From: Malacoraja senta
Taxonomy: Eukaryota
DNA length: 64,000 bases
Assembly (NCBI GenBank): GCA_038087875.1
Contig: CM075994.1
Coordinates: 434,001-498,000 of the forward strand
Reading direction: 5' to 3'
Shown here: positions 1 through 11,857 of the stretch, in pieces
Numbering within the stretch: position 1 is the first letter of the stretch
How the letters are laid out: every line of letters begins with the position of its first letter
Position numbers and translations under genes: made by a program
The notes under the pieces: model-generated
Database searches by the model: none
The model's input: the letters and a program-made list of their open reading frames with translations, nothing else
What the model was told of the DNA's origin: nothing

Positions 1-925
1 AATAATGCTTCGTATTTTCTAGTAATTTGAATACCCAAATACTTAAATTTTTCTGTTGCAATTTTAAAGGGGAATTTTAATAGGTGTGTAGATTCTTGAG
101 GTTTTAACGTCATGATTTCACTTTTATTCAATTTATTCTATATCCAGAAAAAGAACCGAATTCCTCTATTAAATTTAATAAGTTTGGTATGCTCGTTTGT
201 GAATTTGTAATGTATAGAAGTATATCGTCTGCGTATAATGAAATTTTATTATTTGATTCCTTAGTATTATATCCCCGAATATTCAGATGAATTCTTATAC
301 TTTCAGCCAAGGGCTCTATCATAAGGGCAAATAGCAGGGGCGATAAAGCACATCCCTGCCTATTGCCCCTCGATAATTGAAATTTTGGAGATAATATATT
401 ATTAGAAAATTTTCTTGCCGTCGGTTTATCATATAATAATTTTACCCATACAATAAAATTCTCTCCCATATTAAATTTTTGCAGTACTTTATATAAATAC
501 TGCCACTCTACCTGATCAAATGCTTTCTCTGCGTCCAGAGAAACAATTGATATATCTTCTTCCTCCGTTTTATATGAGTACATTATATTAAACAGGCGTC
601 TCAAATTATTAAATGAATATCTTTTGGGTATAAACCCCGTTTTATCTGGATTTATCAATTTACTAATGTATTTACTCAATCTTCTTGCTAAAGTCTTTGA
701 TAAAATTTTCTGATCTGTATTTAAAAGTGATATAGCTCAATATGAGCCGGTTCTTCTAAATCTTTATCTTTTTTGGTATAAGCGTAATAGTTGATTCAGC
801 TAATATTTCTGGTAGTTTATTTTCTTTAAAGGCATGAGTATATAAATTAAGTAAACGTGCAGCCGTTATTTCATGAAATCTTTTATAAAATTCGTTACTA
901 AAACCATCTGGTCCAGCTCTTCCTG
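1..925 (-). mobile_element. L1-clade LINE ORF2 fragment (reverse transcriptase), degenerate
   Basis: ORF 128..679 has SLDAEKAFDQVEW, RGNRQGCALSPLLF and LYADDIL. The upstream GPDGF motif lies near 900-915. The element runs off the window start. Confidence 0.9.
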
Positions 926-1641
926 TAATTAATGCGACGTGGGGTAGTTTATGCTGGAAGCCAGCTCTTCTTGCAGCGGCTTCCCTGTTTGCGAGGGTAT
1001 CACAAACCTTGATGCCATGGCAGGCAATTCTTGAACCTCACGCATGTCATGCATTCCAGTATGTTCCACGGATATACCTCCGAATTCGGAGTCAGTCATA
1101 TACTGACCCCGTACGCTCCCCTCCTCAGAGTGGGAGATATTAAGCAGCCCTGGACCAGGTGCTGCTGCAGGCTCGCAAGGAGACCTGCGCTGATATGTCC
1201 CCGTTTCATGGAGCATAACATGATGGAGCATCCTTTCCATAAGGTGCTCCATCCAGGATAAACGCCCGAAGACGCCATCCAAGTTTGTAGGAGGAGAATC
1301 CTCCTGGCCTGACTCACCTGAGTACACAGGCCTCTCAGACATCCGTTTGGCTTTGCCCCCTTTCAGGGTCGCCAAAGTCTGAAGTCGCTGTCTGTGACTC
1401 GGACGGCGAAACCGACGGCTGCCGGATACCCGCACTCCCGCGGTCCTCCGTAGCCAGTTTCCCCGCGGCCCCTCTGGATTTTCGCCCTGGATTCATTATC
1501 CGTAGCAATCTGTAAAGAGAAATTTCCCACGAAAAAAACGATCTCAGAATAAGTTAAAAAAACTTACCTGCAGGATTTTAAAACTTACCGCTGAGAGGAG
1601 CGACGCTCCTCCCAGCCACTCACGTGACTTCGAAGTAAAAT
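926..1641 (-). mobile_element. 5' fragment of a DIRS-like retrotransposon (left terminus plus gag start)
   Basis: The reverse complement at 1641 reads ATTTTACTTCGAAGTCACGTGAGTG, matching the DIRS start at 40469. ORF 929..1435 ends GKPLQEELASSINYPTSH, similar to GEPLGEELATSINYQVSH in the gag at 41223..41477. Confidence 0.8.
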
Positions 1642-1850
1642 TAACAATACTTTACAACACCCCATTCTATAACCAATCCTGATCATGCATTTGCAACCCT
1701 GCTCAGCTCTTTATTCCAACCCCTCATACATATTAACAATAGAGAGGACATCTGGACCTCACCTTGTACATACTTCCTCCCAGGGTCCAGACACCTGGGA
1801 GCCATGACTCATGGTTCTGCAGCTTTTCACAGAAAGAGAACAAGCAGGCT

Positions 1851-1908
1851 TTGCAAATACAGAGATTCTCCATTTTGTCACATATTTATTTGGCCTATAT
1901 TATCACTG
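1851..1908 (+). CDS. Possible signal-peptide exon of the IgSF gene (no in-frame ATG seen)
   Basis: Encodes LQIQRFSILSHIYLAYIIT, followed by a phase-1 GT donor (G|GTGTGC) compatible with the phase-1 IgV acceptor. The donor is weak and the first codon is TTG. Confidence 0.25.
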
Positions 1909-2012
1909 GTGTGCTACTTTGTTCTTCAATCTTCAAGATTTATTTTCATTTTCATTCAAAATCTACAATTTTCAATGTGGTTGGTTAGTCCAGGAAAAAT
2001 TGGTGGAGATAT

Positions 2013-2265
2013 TTAGTTTAGTTTAGTTTAGAGATACAGCACAGAAACAGGCCCTTTGGCCCACTGAGCCCACGCCGACCAGCGATCCCCGCACATTAAC
2101 ACTTTCCGACACAAACTAGGGACAATTTACATTGATACCAAGCCAATTAACCTGCAAACCTGTAGGTCTTTAGAGTGTGAGGGGAAACTGAAGATCTTGG
2201 AGAATGTACAAGCGCTGTACAGAGAGCAGCCATAGTCAGGATCATGCCCGCGTCTGTGGCTCTGT
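2013..2265 (-). mobile_element. HE1-like V-SINE, truncated
   Basis: (TTTAG)n tail, CR1-like 3' segment and V-domain-like core; many copies in the window. Confidence 0.75.
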
Positions 2266-2269
2266 AAGT

Positions 2270-2560
2270 GGGGGAGAGAGAGAGGGAGGGGGGGAGAGAG
2301 AGAAGGAGGGATGAGAAAGGGAGGGTAGGGGGAGAGAGGGAGGGGAGAGAGTGGGGGGAGAGGGGGGGGAGAAAGAGGGAGGAGAGATGAGAGAGAGGGA
2401 GAGAGAGGGAGGAGAGAGGAGGTGGAAAGGAAGGGGGGAGAGAGAGAGGGAGGGAGGGAAAGAAAGAGGTTGGGGAGGGAGAGAGGGAGGTAGAGAGAGG
2501 GACGGAGAGGGGGGGGAAGAGAGTGGAGGGATAGAGGAAGTGGTTGAGAGGGAGGGAGGG
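2270..2560. repeat. Polypurine (GA/GGA) low-complexity tract
   Basis: About 290 nt of almost only G and A. Confidence 0.95.
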
Positions 2561-2840
2561 GTTGCCTATTCCTTCTCTCCATAGATGTGACCTCACCCTC
2601 TGAGTTCCTCCAGCATTTTTGTCTTCTTCTGAGTCTTTGTAACTAGACTGCAATCTGGCTCAAGAATGTTCAAGTTGGGGGGAAAAAGAAAATGCATTCG
2701 TAGAAATATAATTCTAAATTGAACAGTAGAGGATAGGAACAGGCCTTGATGTTAGGGCCTGATCTCTGTGTCAAACATGATCCCAAATTACACTAATCCT
2801 TCGTGAAACTTCCCACATCTGACCTTCACACTCAGTCCTC

Positions 2841-3425
2841 TACGATACGATACGATAAACTTGATTTATCTCAGGAGGGAAATTGATCTGCCAACAGTCA
2901 TAGAACACAAGATACATGAAACATGAAATTAAAGTGATGAGTGGAAAGGATTGGCGATGTACAAAGATTGGGGGAGGGAGGGAGGGGAGTCAGCCTACCC
3001 CACTACAGATGGGGGGAGAGTTGTACAATTTGATCGCCACAGGGAAAAAAGATCTCCTGTGGCGTTCTGTACTGCATCTTGATGGAACCAGTCTGTTGCT
3101 GAAGGTGCTCCTCAGGTTGACCAGTGTGTCATGGAGGGGGTGAGCTGTATTGTCCAGGACCACCTCCCACGAATCCAGCTCTACCCCGAGGATGGTGCGT
3201 GCCTTACTGATAAGCTGGTTAATCCTGTTGGCGTCTGCGGCCTTTGCCCTGCTGGCCCAGCATATGGCAGCAAAGAAGATGGCACTGGCCACCACCAATT
3301 GGTATAACATCTGCAGCATGTTAGTGCAGACGTTGAAGGAGCAGAGACTTCTCAAAAAGTACAGCCGGCTCTGTCCCTTCTTGTACAGGATCTCAGCGTT
3401 CCTGGACCAGTCCAATTTACTAGTC
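2841..3425 (-). mobile_element. Rex1/Babar-type LINE 3' fragment
   Basis: ORF 2990..3439 (KKGQSRLYFLR, HPLH, TERHRRSFFPVAIKLYN) and a (TACGA)n tail at 2841. Confidence 0.8.
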
Positions 3426-3470
3426 TTTGACATTTGCACCGTAGGAATAAAGGCTCTGTCTGTCTATCTA

Positions 3471-4941
3471 CACTGCCCTCCATAATGTTTGGGACAAAGA
3501 CCCATCATTTATTTATTTACCTCTGGACTCCACAATTTGAGATTTGTAATAGAAAAAAATCACATGTGGTTAAAGTGCACATTGTCAGATTTTAATGAAG
3601 GCCATTTTTATACATTTTGGTTTCTCCATGTAGAACTTACAGCAGTGTTTATACATATCCCCCCCCCCCCCCCATTTCAGGGCACCATAATGTTTGGGAC
3701 ACATGGCTTCACAAGTGTTTGTAATTGCTCAGGTGTGTTTAAATGCCTCCTTAATGCAGGTATAAGAGAGCTCTCAGTGCCTAGTCTTTCCTCCAGTTTT
3801 TCCATTACCTTTGGAAACTTTTATTGCTGTTTATCAACACGAGGACCATAATTGTGCCAATGAAAGTCAAAGAAGCCATTATGAGACAGAGAAACAGGAA
3901 TAAAACTGTTAGAGACATCAGCCAAACCATAGACTTACCAAATTCAACTGTTTGGAACATCATTACGAAAAAAGAGAGCATTGGTGAGCTTACTAATCGC
4001 AAAGGGACAGGCAGGCCAAGGAAGACCTCCACAGCTGATGACAGAAGAATTCTGTCCATATTAAAGAAAAAAACCAAACACGTGTTTGACAGATCAGAAA
4101 CACTCTTCAGGAGTCAGGTGTGGATTTGTCAATGACCACTGTCTGCAGAAGACTTAATGAACAGAAATACATAGGCTACACTTCAAGATGCAAATATCCT
4201 TAAATATTGGATGGCCAGGTTACAATTTGCCAAGAAGTACTTAAAAGAGGAACAAGAGTTCTGGAAAAAGGTCTTGTGGACAGATGAGACGAAGATTAAC
4301 TTATATCAGAGTAATTCTGAAGTGTATACACACATCCCATCAGCAACTGGTGATGTCCATGAATCACAGATTTCAAGCAGTCATTGCATGCAAAGGATAT
4401 GCAACAAAATACTAAACATGACTACTTTCATTTACATGGCACTGCTGTGTTGCAAACATTATGGTGCCCTGAAATGGGGGGAGTATGTATAAATACTGCT
4501 GTAATTTCTACATGTTGAAACCAAAATGGTCTTTACTAAGTCGCTGCTGAGCGAAGCAGCAACTGGCTGTGGCTTAAGAGGAAGGACTCCAACTGGGCTG
4601 CAAAATGACCAGCAAGAGGGGTAAAACGGAGGGGAGCGCACCTGGGATGCCAGGTGTTGCTGTTGAGCCCTCTGGAGGTGTCGTGGGCCTATCAACGAAA
4701 CACCAAGGAAGGAGGGTGCCCAGCTGATTACCCCAATGAAGTTTGTACCCCTACCCCTACTCAAGATAGTAAGAAGGTGCCAATTATAATAGGGATTGTA
4801 GTAGGGATTGTCCTGTAAGCCCAATTGACAATATGCACTTTAACCACATGTGATTTTTTCTATTACAAATCTCAAATTGTGGAGTACAGAGGCAAATAAA
4901 TAAATGATGGGTCTTTGTCCCAAACATTATGGAGGGTACTG
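3471..4941 (+). mobile_element. Tc1-family DNA transposon, IR/DR type, internally deleted
   Basis: TA at 3469-3470, then a TIR starting CACTGCCCTCCATAATGTTTGGGAC with its inverted copy ending at 4941. The direct repeat CCATAATGTTTGGGACA occurs at ~3480 and ~3686. Transposase fragments include an HTH region, GRPRKT and VLWTDETKINL. Confidence 0.92.
4529..4825 (+). mobile_element. 3' end of a HERO-like (REL-endonuclease) non-LTR element inserted in the right TIR of the Tc1
   Basis: Encodes AAERSSNWLWLKRKDSNWAAK* followed by a 3'UTR-like segment. It interrupts the TIR match. Confidence 0.5.
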
Positions 4942-5232
4942 AATCCTTTTCACATTTTACAAACTTCTATCAGGTATTCCCTCAGCTGCCGATGTCCGAG
5001 AGATAAAAAATTTGAATTTACTACCTGATAGTATGCTTTCTACTGTGCATCTGTAGACATTGATAAGAGTTATTGGAGATATTACTGACTTGTTCTTTGT
5101 CGCTTGAAGACGTGGAGGTGATGATGTGCTACTTTGTTCTTCCATCTTCAAATTTAATTTTCATTTTTAATCAAAATCTACAATCTTCAATGTGGTTGGT
5201 TAGTCCAGGAAAAATTGGTGGAGATGTCTATT

Positions 5233-5527
5233 TTTAGTTTAGTTTAGAGATACAGCACGGAAACAGGCCCTTCGGCCCACCGAGTCCACACTGACCAGCG
5301 ATCCCCTCGCATTAACACTTTCCGAATCAAACTAGGGACAATTTACATTTATACCAAGCCAATTAACCCACAAACCTGTAAGTCTTTTGAGTGTAAGGGG
5401 ATACTGAAGATCTTGGAGAAAACCCATGGAGAGAATGTACAAGCGCCGTACAGACAGCATCCAAAGTCGGGATCGTACCTGGGTCTCTGGTGCTGTAAGG
5501 CAGCAAATCCACCACTGTGCCACCGTG
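5233..5527 (-). mobile_element. HE1-like V-SINE
   Basis: tRNA-derived head with A/B-box-like motifs on the minus strand and a (TTTAG)n tail. Confidence 0.8.
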
Positions 5528-5729
5528 TTGCCCTTTACACCCAGGAAATTGATGTTTCAACCATTTCCACTTCAGCACCATTGATGCAGATTGGGCATGT
5601 ACTCCACCATATTGACATTCGTCAATATCTAGCTCCTTTGCCTTTTTAACTCTGAGGGAGAGGGTGTTGTCAAAAACCATGCCCCACACATCATCATATC
5701 TTATCTATCTATCTTCATACTTTTAAAAC

Positions 5730-5898
<169 letters not shown>

Positions 5899-6249
5899 TC
5901 ACATCTTTGCAAATAACCGATGCAGCAACGGTAAAAAATTTACATGTTACGGCAGACATTTTTTCCGTGGAAAAATCCAATTCGCCTTATCTGAAAATGT
6001 CATACTGAAAATGTTCAAAAATATGACGAAACTTTAAATTTATAGATGACTGCCGTTCGCTGGTGACGTCATAATGGGTCCACGTGCTGTCTTCCACACG
6101 CTGCGAGTGACGTCTCCCCTCCCCCCCCGCTGAAGACTGTGAAAGCCCAACTCGCAGTCCTTTGGTCAACACTCGTCTGCCCGCCTGCCCACTTGCCCGC
6201 TCACCCCCTTGCTCGGGTTCCTCGTGTCGGCGCATAGTGGGGAGGTTGC

Positions 6250-6540
6250 TGCCTCCCTCTGCCCTCTGCCTCTGCCCCGCTGCCTCTATCCCGCTGCCTC
6301 TACCCCGCTGCCTCTGCCCCGCTGCCTCTACCCCGCTGCCTCTGCCCCGCTGCCTCTACCCCGCTGCGTCTGCCCCGCTGCCTCTGCCCCGCTGCCTCTG
6401 CCCTCTGCCACTGCCTCTTCCTACTGCCCTCTACCCGCTGCCCCTGCCCGCTGCCTCTTCCTGCTGCCCTCTGCCTCAGCCCTCTGCCTCTGCCCTCTGC
6501 CATCTGTCTGCCTCTGCCATCTGTCTGCCTCTGCCCTCAC
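6250..6540. repeat. GC-rich minisatellite, ~14-bp unit CCCCGCTGCCTCTR decaying into (CTCTGC)n
   Basis: Tandem units are directly visible. Confidence 0.9.
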
Positions 6541-6804
6541 ACTCTCTACCCCCTCCCTCTCCCTCTCTAGCTGTGCCTGCGAGTTGCGGGCTATGTGTGA
6601 GGGGATAGGGGTAAAAGAAGCGAATGAATAATATTAATATGATACAAAGGGGGGTGGTTAGTGTGTGTGGGGGGGGTGGTTAGGGTGTGTGTGTGTGCGT
6701 GTCAGGGGGGGTGGGTGGTTAGTGTGTGTTTGTGACGCCACAGGCCGCCCACCCCCGCAACCGCATGTTGAGGGGACGGGACCCAACGGTCCCACTTGGT
6801 CTTG

Positions 6805-7195
6805 TCTCCTTTTGACTTTGCCCCCCCCACCTCTCCTTAAATCTATGTCCTCTAGTCTTTGACATTTCCATGCTGGGGGAAAAAAGTTCTGACTGTCAAT
6901 GCCTCTTTTAGATACTTCAATCGGGTCTCTCCTTAACCTCTGACGCGCCATAGAAAATAATCTAAGTTTGTCCAATCTCGTGTGATAGCTAATACTATCT
7001 AATCCAGGCACCATTGTGGTAAATCTCTTCTGCACTCCCTCGAAAACCTCCATAATCTTCCTGTACAAGGTGCGACTAGAACTGCATTAATACTCCAAAT
7101 GTGGCCTAACAATGGTTTTATAAAGCTGCAACCTGACTTCATGACTCTTACACTCAATGCCCCAACCAATGTGGAAGCATACTATACACTTTCTT
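6805..7195 (-). mobile_element. CR1 LINE 3' fragment
   Basis: ORF 6658..7068 contains EGVQKRFTTMVPGL and RLRRD. Confidence 0.8.
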
Positions 7196-7264
7196 TACTG
7201 TTAGTACTGTGTGGTAGCTAAGGTAAACACTGAACACTGTGTGTGTGTTCATCTATCTCAGATG

Positions 7265-7505
7265 TGGCACAAAAACCTGGAGTAACTCAACGGCTCAGAC
7301 TGCATCACTGGGGAAAAGGAACAGGTGACGTTTCGGGTCGAGACCCTTATTCAGACTGGAGTCTTCAGGAGTTTTAAGAAGGGTCTCAACCCGAAATGTC
7401 ACCTATTCCTTTTATCCAGAGATGCTGTCTCACTCACTGATTTACTCCAGCTTTTTGATGTCAATCTTCGGTTTAAACCAGCATCTGCAGTTCCTTCCTA
7501 CATAT
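7265..7505. mobile_element. Penelope-derived pLTR pair in inverted orientation
   Basis: Two inverted copies of the CTGAAGAAGGGTCTCGACCCGAAACGTCACC...GAGTTACTCCAGC repeat. Confidence 0.75.
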
Positions 7506-7546
7506 CTCAGGTGTGATACTGTTTGTATTAATTCATTGTCTTGCAG

Positions 7547-7846
7547 CTCAGTGGACAAGAGACAGCAAGCTGGCTGCCACAGGCTCCTCTATTCCATTCC
7601 CCGGAACTGATAAGAAATTCAACAATTTGAACTGGGACTTCTCAGATTCCAGCAGGAATCTCCCCATTACTGAAGTTTATGAAGGAAATATCATCATATA
7701 TGAAAAGTACAATAATCGAATTAAAGTTGACATATCAGATGGATCCTTTCAATTAAAAGATGTTGGTAAAGCAGACAGTGGCCACTATAAAATGACTGTG
7801 GACTTAGACCCACAGAGGACCAGAATTCTAACTCTTGAAGTCATTG
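7547..7846 (+). CDS. IgV-like N-terminal domain exon of a CD2/SLAM/CEACAM-type cell-surface protein
   Basis: Acceptor ttgcag| and donor |gtaagt, both phase 1; 300 nt open. Motifs LNWDF, YNNRIKV, DGSFQLKDVGKADSGHYKM and LTLEVI. No cysteines, as in CD2/CD58/CEACAM N-domains. Confidence 0.9.
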
Positions 7847-8054
7847 GTAAGTAACCAGAGGGTTTGTAATTATTTGAATGAAATGGTGACAGTGTGCTGA
7901 GTCGACATTTTCCAAGCATGATTTCTTGGAAAAAACAAAATGCAATAAATGTTTGTGCTTGATCCCAAATATCTGTGGGTATGCCTTGCTTTCTCTCCAC
8001 CACGCATTCCCACTCTCAATTTTGCCCTCTTTTCTCATACCAACTCAGCATCCA

Positions 8055-8580
8055 GTTCAGTTCAGTTCAGCTTAGTTGATTGTCTCATGAACTGAGGTAC
8101 AGTGAAAAGCTTTTCTTGCGTGCTACCAGTCAGCGGAAAGACAACACATGATTACAATCCAGCCATTCACAGTGTAATACATGGTAAGGGAATAATGTTT
8201 AGTGCAAGGTAAAGCCAGTAAAGTCCGATCAAAGATTGTCCGAAGGTCACCAATGAGGTAGACAGTAGTTCAGGACTACTCTCTGGATGTGGTAGGATGA
8301 TTTAGTTGCCTGATAAGAGCTGGGAAGAAACTGTCCCTGAATCTGGAGGTGAATATTTTGACACTTCTGTACCTTTTGCCCGATGCGAGAGGGGAGAAGA
8401 GGGACTGGTCTCAGGGTGCAACTCTCCTTGATTCTGCTGCTGGCCTTGCCGAGGCAGCGTGATGTTTCAATGGAGTCAATGGAAGGGAGGTTGGTTTGTG
8501 TGATGGTCTGGGCTGCATCCACAATTTGCATGCATTCTTGGATGTAGCTGTTCCCAAACCAAGCTGTGATGCATCCCGAT
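8055..8580 (-). mobile_element. Rex1/Babar-type LINE 3' fragment
   Basis: SGCITAWFGN...AQTITQTNLPSI in ORF 8247..8633 and a (CAGTT)n tail. Confidence 0.7.
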
Positions 8581-9105
8581 AGAGATGCTGTCTGACCCGC
8601 TGAGCCATTCCAGCACTTTGTGTCTATCTTCAATATTTATTTGACCGTTTCTACTCCATGGTAGAAAGCGCAGGTGAGGATTTTCTTTTTGAACAGGGGG
8701 TGAGAACCTTGTGACCTGGTATCAAGACAACAACTTGTATCAAAACAACAACCTTGGAGCTAGTGATCGACCTCAGAAAGGAAGCGGTTCACATACCCCA
8801 GTATGCAATTATGGCGCCGAAGTAGAGATGGTTGAACATTTTAAGTTCGGAGGAGTAAACATCACCAGTGTCTCGCCCTGTACCATCCATATCGAAGCAA
8901 TGGCCAAGAAAGCAGGCCAACACCTCTATCTCCACAGAAGACAGAGGAACGTGGCTAGGGTGTTGTGGGTCTCTGATGATGCTGGCTGCCTTTTTGAGGC
9001 AGCGACTCTTGTAGATCCCTTTAATAAATCTGGAATTACTTTTGTATACTTGAGGTCTAAAAAAGGGAGTTTGTGTCTTGGCTCATTGACTCTGTTGTTC
9101 TCCAG

Positions 9106-9375
9106 ATCCTCTCTCCACACCATTCATCTCCTTTGATTACAACCCTGAGAACCACACGGCTGTGCTGAACTGCACGGTGCAGAGAGGGAGAGCGACTTCC
9201 ATTCTGTGGAGCAGAGAAGGAGTTGTCCTCCCAGTGAGCCCACGGCAGTCCCTGTCTGATGGGAATGTAACATTTACCATTTGGAACGCAGAGAAATCAG
9301 ACTCTGGCTATTACACGTGCAGCATGGAAAACCAAGTCAGTCAAAACAACAGCACCTACCAGCTGGTCATCGAGG
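9106..9375 (+). CDS. IgC2 domain exon of the same IgSF gene
   Basis: Acceptor ctccag| and donor |gtaagt, phase 1/1; 270 nt. Translation DPLSTPFIS..AVLNCTVQRG..ILWSRE..LSDGNVTFTI..DSGYYTCSMENQVS shows the canonical C-W-C pattern and an NxVS motif, plus several N-glycosylation sequons. Confidence 0.93.
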
Positions 9376-10399
9376 GTAAGTCTGTCACGGTATTGGCAAA
9401 GGTCTATTTGACCAACATTGTTTATGTTACACAAGAAGTGGCACAGTGGTGATGCGGTAGAGTTGCTGCCTCACAGCTCGTACGGCGTCAGAGACCCAGG
9501 TTCGATCCTGGCTACGGGACGTTTTAAATAATACAAGATAGACACAAAAATCTAGAATAACTCAGCAGATCAGACAGCATCTCTGGAGAAAAGGAATAGT
9601 TGACGTTTCAGGTCGAGACACTTCTTCAGACTGAGATTCAGGGGAAAGACGTTCCTTAAACATCTGTACGGAGTTTGTACGTTCTCCCCGTGACCTGCAG
9701 GGGTTTCCTCCCACACTCCAAAGATGTGCATGTTTGTAGGTTAATTGGCTTGGTATCAATGTTAAAAAAATTATCCCCAGTGTAGGATGGTGTTAATGTG
9801 CAGGGATCGGTGGTCAGTGCGAACTCGATGGGCTGAAGAGTCTGTTTCTGCGCGATATATCTAAACTAATTAAAACTAAAGAACTCCTCCCCACTCTTCT
9901 TATCTGACCATATCAGCATAAGATATCACTCTGTTCTCCCCATCTCCCCAGCTTCCACTTCTTCGCTTCGGCTTCACGTCCTTCGATGTCCCGTCCGGGT
10001 ACCATCCTACACACGAGGGACAATTTACAATTATACCAAAGTCAATTAACCCACAGACCTCCACGTCTTTGGAGTGTGGGAGAAAACCCACGCAGGTCAC
10101 GGGGAGAACGCACAAATTCCGTGCAGACAAGGACCCGTCATCATGAACGAACCCGGGGTCTCTGGCACTGTAAGGCAGCAACTCAACCACTGCGCTATCG
10201 TGCAGCCCAAGTTGTAAAGGTCTGTTGCACAGATGCTGGCCATTTGTCCCATGTTGATGTTTATGCTACACAAGAGCCCCTCTCCACACTTGTTATCTGT
10301 CCTTATCAGCGTATGTCACTCTACACTCCAAGTACTCTCCAGACATATAACATCCCCCTAAATTCTAATTGAAATGGATGACTATTTTATTCTTAGTGT

Positions 10400-10960
10400 C
10401 ATAGAGTCATAGAGTGATACAGTGTGGAAACAGGCCCTTCGGCCCAACTTGGCCACCTGTCCCAGCTACACTCTTCCCACCTGCCTACGTTTGCTCCATA
10501 TCCCTCCAAACTTGTCCTATCATGTACCTGTCCAACTGTCTCTTAAATGTTGGGATAGCCCCTGCCTCAACTACCTCCTCTGGCAGTGTGTTCCATACAC
10601 CCACCACCCTTTGTGTGGAAAAAGTTACCACTCAGATTCCTCTTAAATCTTTTCTCCTTCATCTTATTGACTTGCTCTGGGCAAGAGACTCAATTCCTCT
10701 CATGATTTTTTCACCTCTCATTTTCACCGCTCATCCTCCTGCTCTCCAAAGAATAGAGTCCCAGCCTACTCACCCTCTCCCTATTGCTCAGACCCTCTAC
10801 CCCTGTCAAATTAATATCTACAAGAGGTAACCAAAGGTGATTTATTTTGTTGTAGGTTATGAACCCAATCCCCTGTGTAATAGCTCAGACCCTCTACCCC
10901 TGTCAACATCCTTGTAAATCTTCTCTGTGTCCTTTCCAGCTTGACAACATCTTTTCTATA
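10400..10960 (-). mobile_element. CR1 LINE 3' fragment interrupted by a templated insertion
   Basis: Similar to the other CR1 3' ends in the window, with a (CATAGAGT)n tail at ~10400. Confidence 0.75.
10856..10917 (+). CDS. Candidate alternative terminal exon (GYEPNPLCNSSDPLPLSTSL*), soluble isoform
   Basis: Duplicate of the transmembrane-exon acceptor, in phase with the IgC2 exon, with TAA at 10915-10917. Whether it is used is unknown. Confidence 0.3.
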
Positions 10961-11214
10961 ATTCACATGATCTCTCATTCCGTTTTCCCTGTGTGGATAA
11001 ATATCTCTCCAGACGTGATGGAGGGAATTTTGAAAATTATAAGGAAGATAAGTAGTTTTTAATCCGTTTAACCCAAGAGAATGCATCGTGGGGAAGCAAG
11101 ATAGGAACAATTGTCCAACAAGGCGGCATGGCAGCGCAGCGGTAGAGTTGCAGCCTTCCAGCGCTTACCGCGCCAGAGACCCAGCGTTTCTGCAAGTCTA
11201 GGGTTGTCCACGTT

Positions 11215-11535
11215 TGGTTTAGTTTAGTTAGGTTTAGAAATACAGCATGGAAACTGGCCCTTCGATTCACCGCGTCCGTACCTACCAGTGATCCACGCAT
11301 AATAACACTATCCTACACACACTAGGGACAATTTACACTTATACCAAGCCAATTAACATACACACCTGTATGCCTTTGGAGTGTGGGAGGAAACTTAAGA
11401 TCTCGGAGAAAACCCAAGCAGGCATGGGGAGAACGTGCAAACTCCATACAGACAGCACCCGTAGTCAGGATCAAACCCGGGTCTCCAGCGCTGCAAGCTC
11501 TGTGAGGCAGCAACTCTACCGCTGCACTACTGTGC
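11215..11535 (-). mobile_element. HE1-like V-SINE
   Basis: Near-complete copy with a (TTTAG)n tail. Confidence 0.8.
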
Positions 11536-11857
11536 ATCGTGCTCCATGCACCTGCAACAACAGCCCTGGTTTGCTGCTGCGAGAAGATAAGACTGCACTA
11601 AGAACTTCTGAAACTTTGTCTGCGGCAGAAACTTGGTGATTTGTTGTGTTTTGCCCAGGAGAAGTCTGCTGTGTAATTACGGATTGTACACCAAAATCAA
11701 AGAACTTCATTGTACCTAGATACGTGACAATATAATAACACTGAATCATTGAATTGAATCAAAAACATGATAGATACAATGGGACATCTTTTCTGCATCA
11801 TGGACATTTAAATTAATATCTACAAGAGGTAACCAAAGGTGATTTATTTTGTTGTAG

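Noticed and set aside
2127..2653. Pro/Leu/Ser-rich ORFs
   Set aside because: They are translations of a polypurine tract and SINE sequence.
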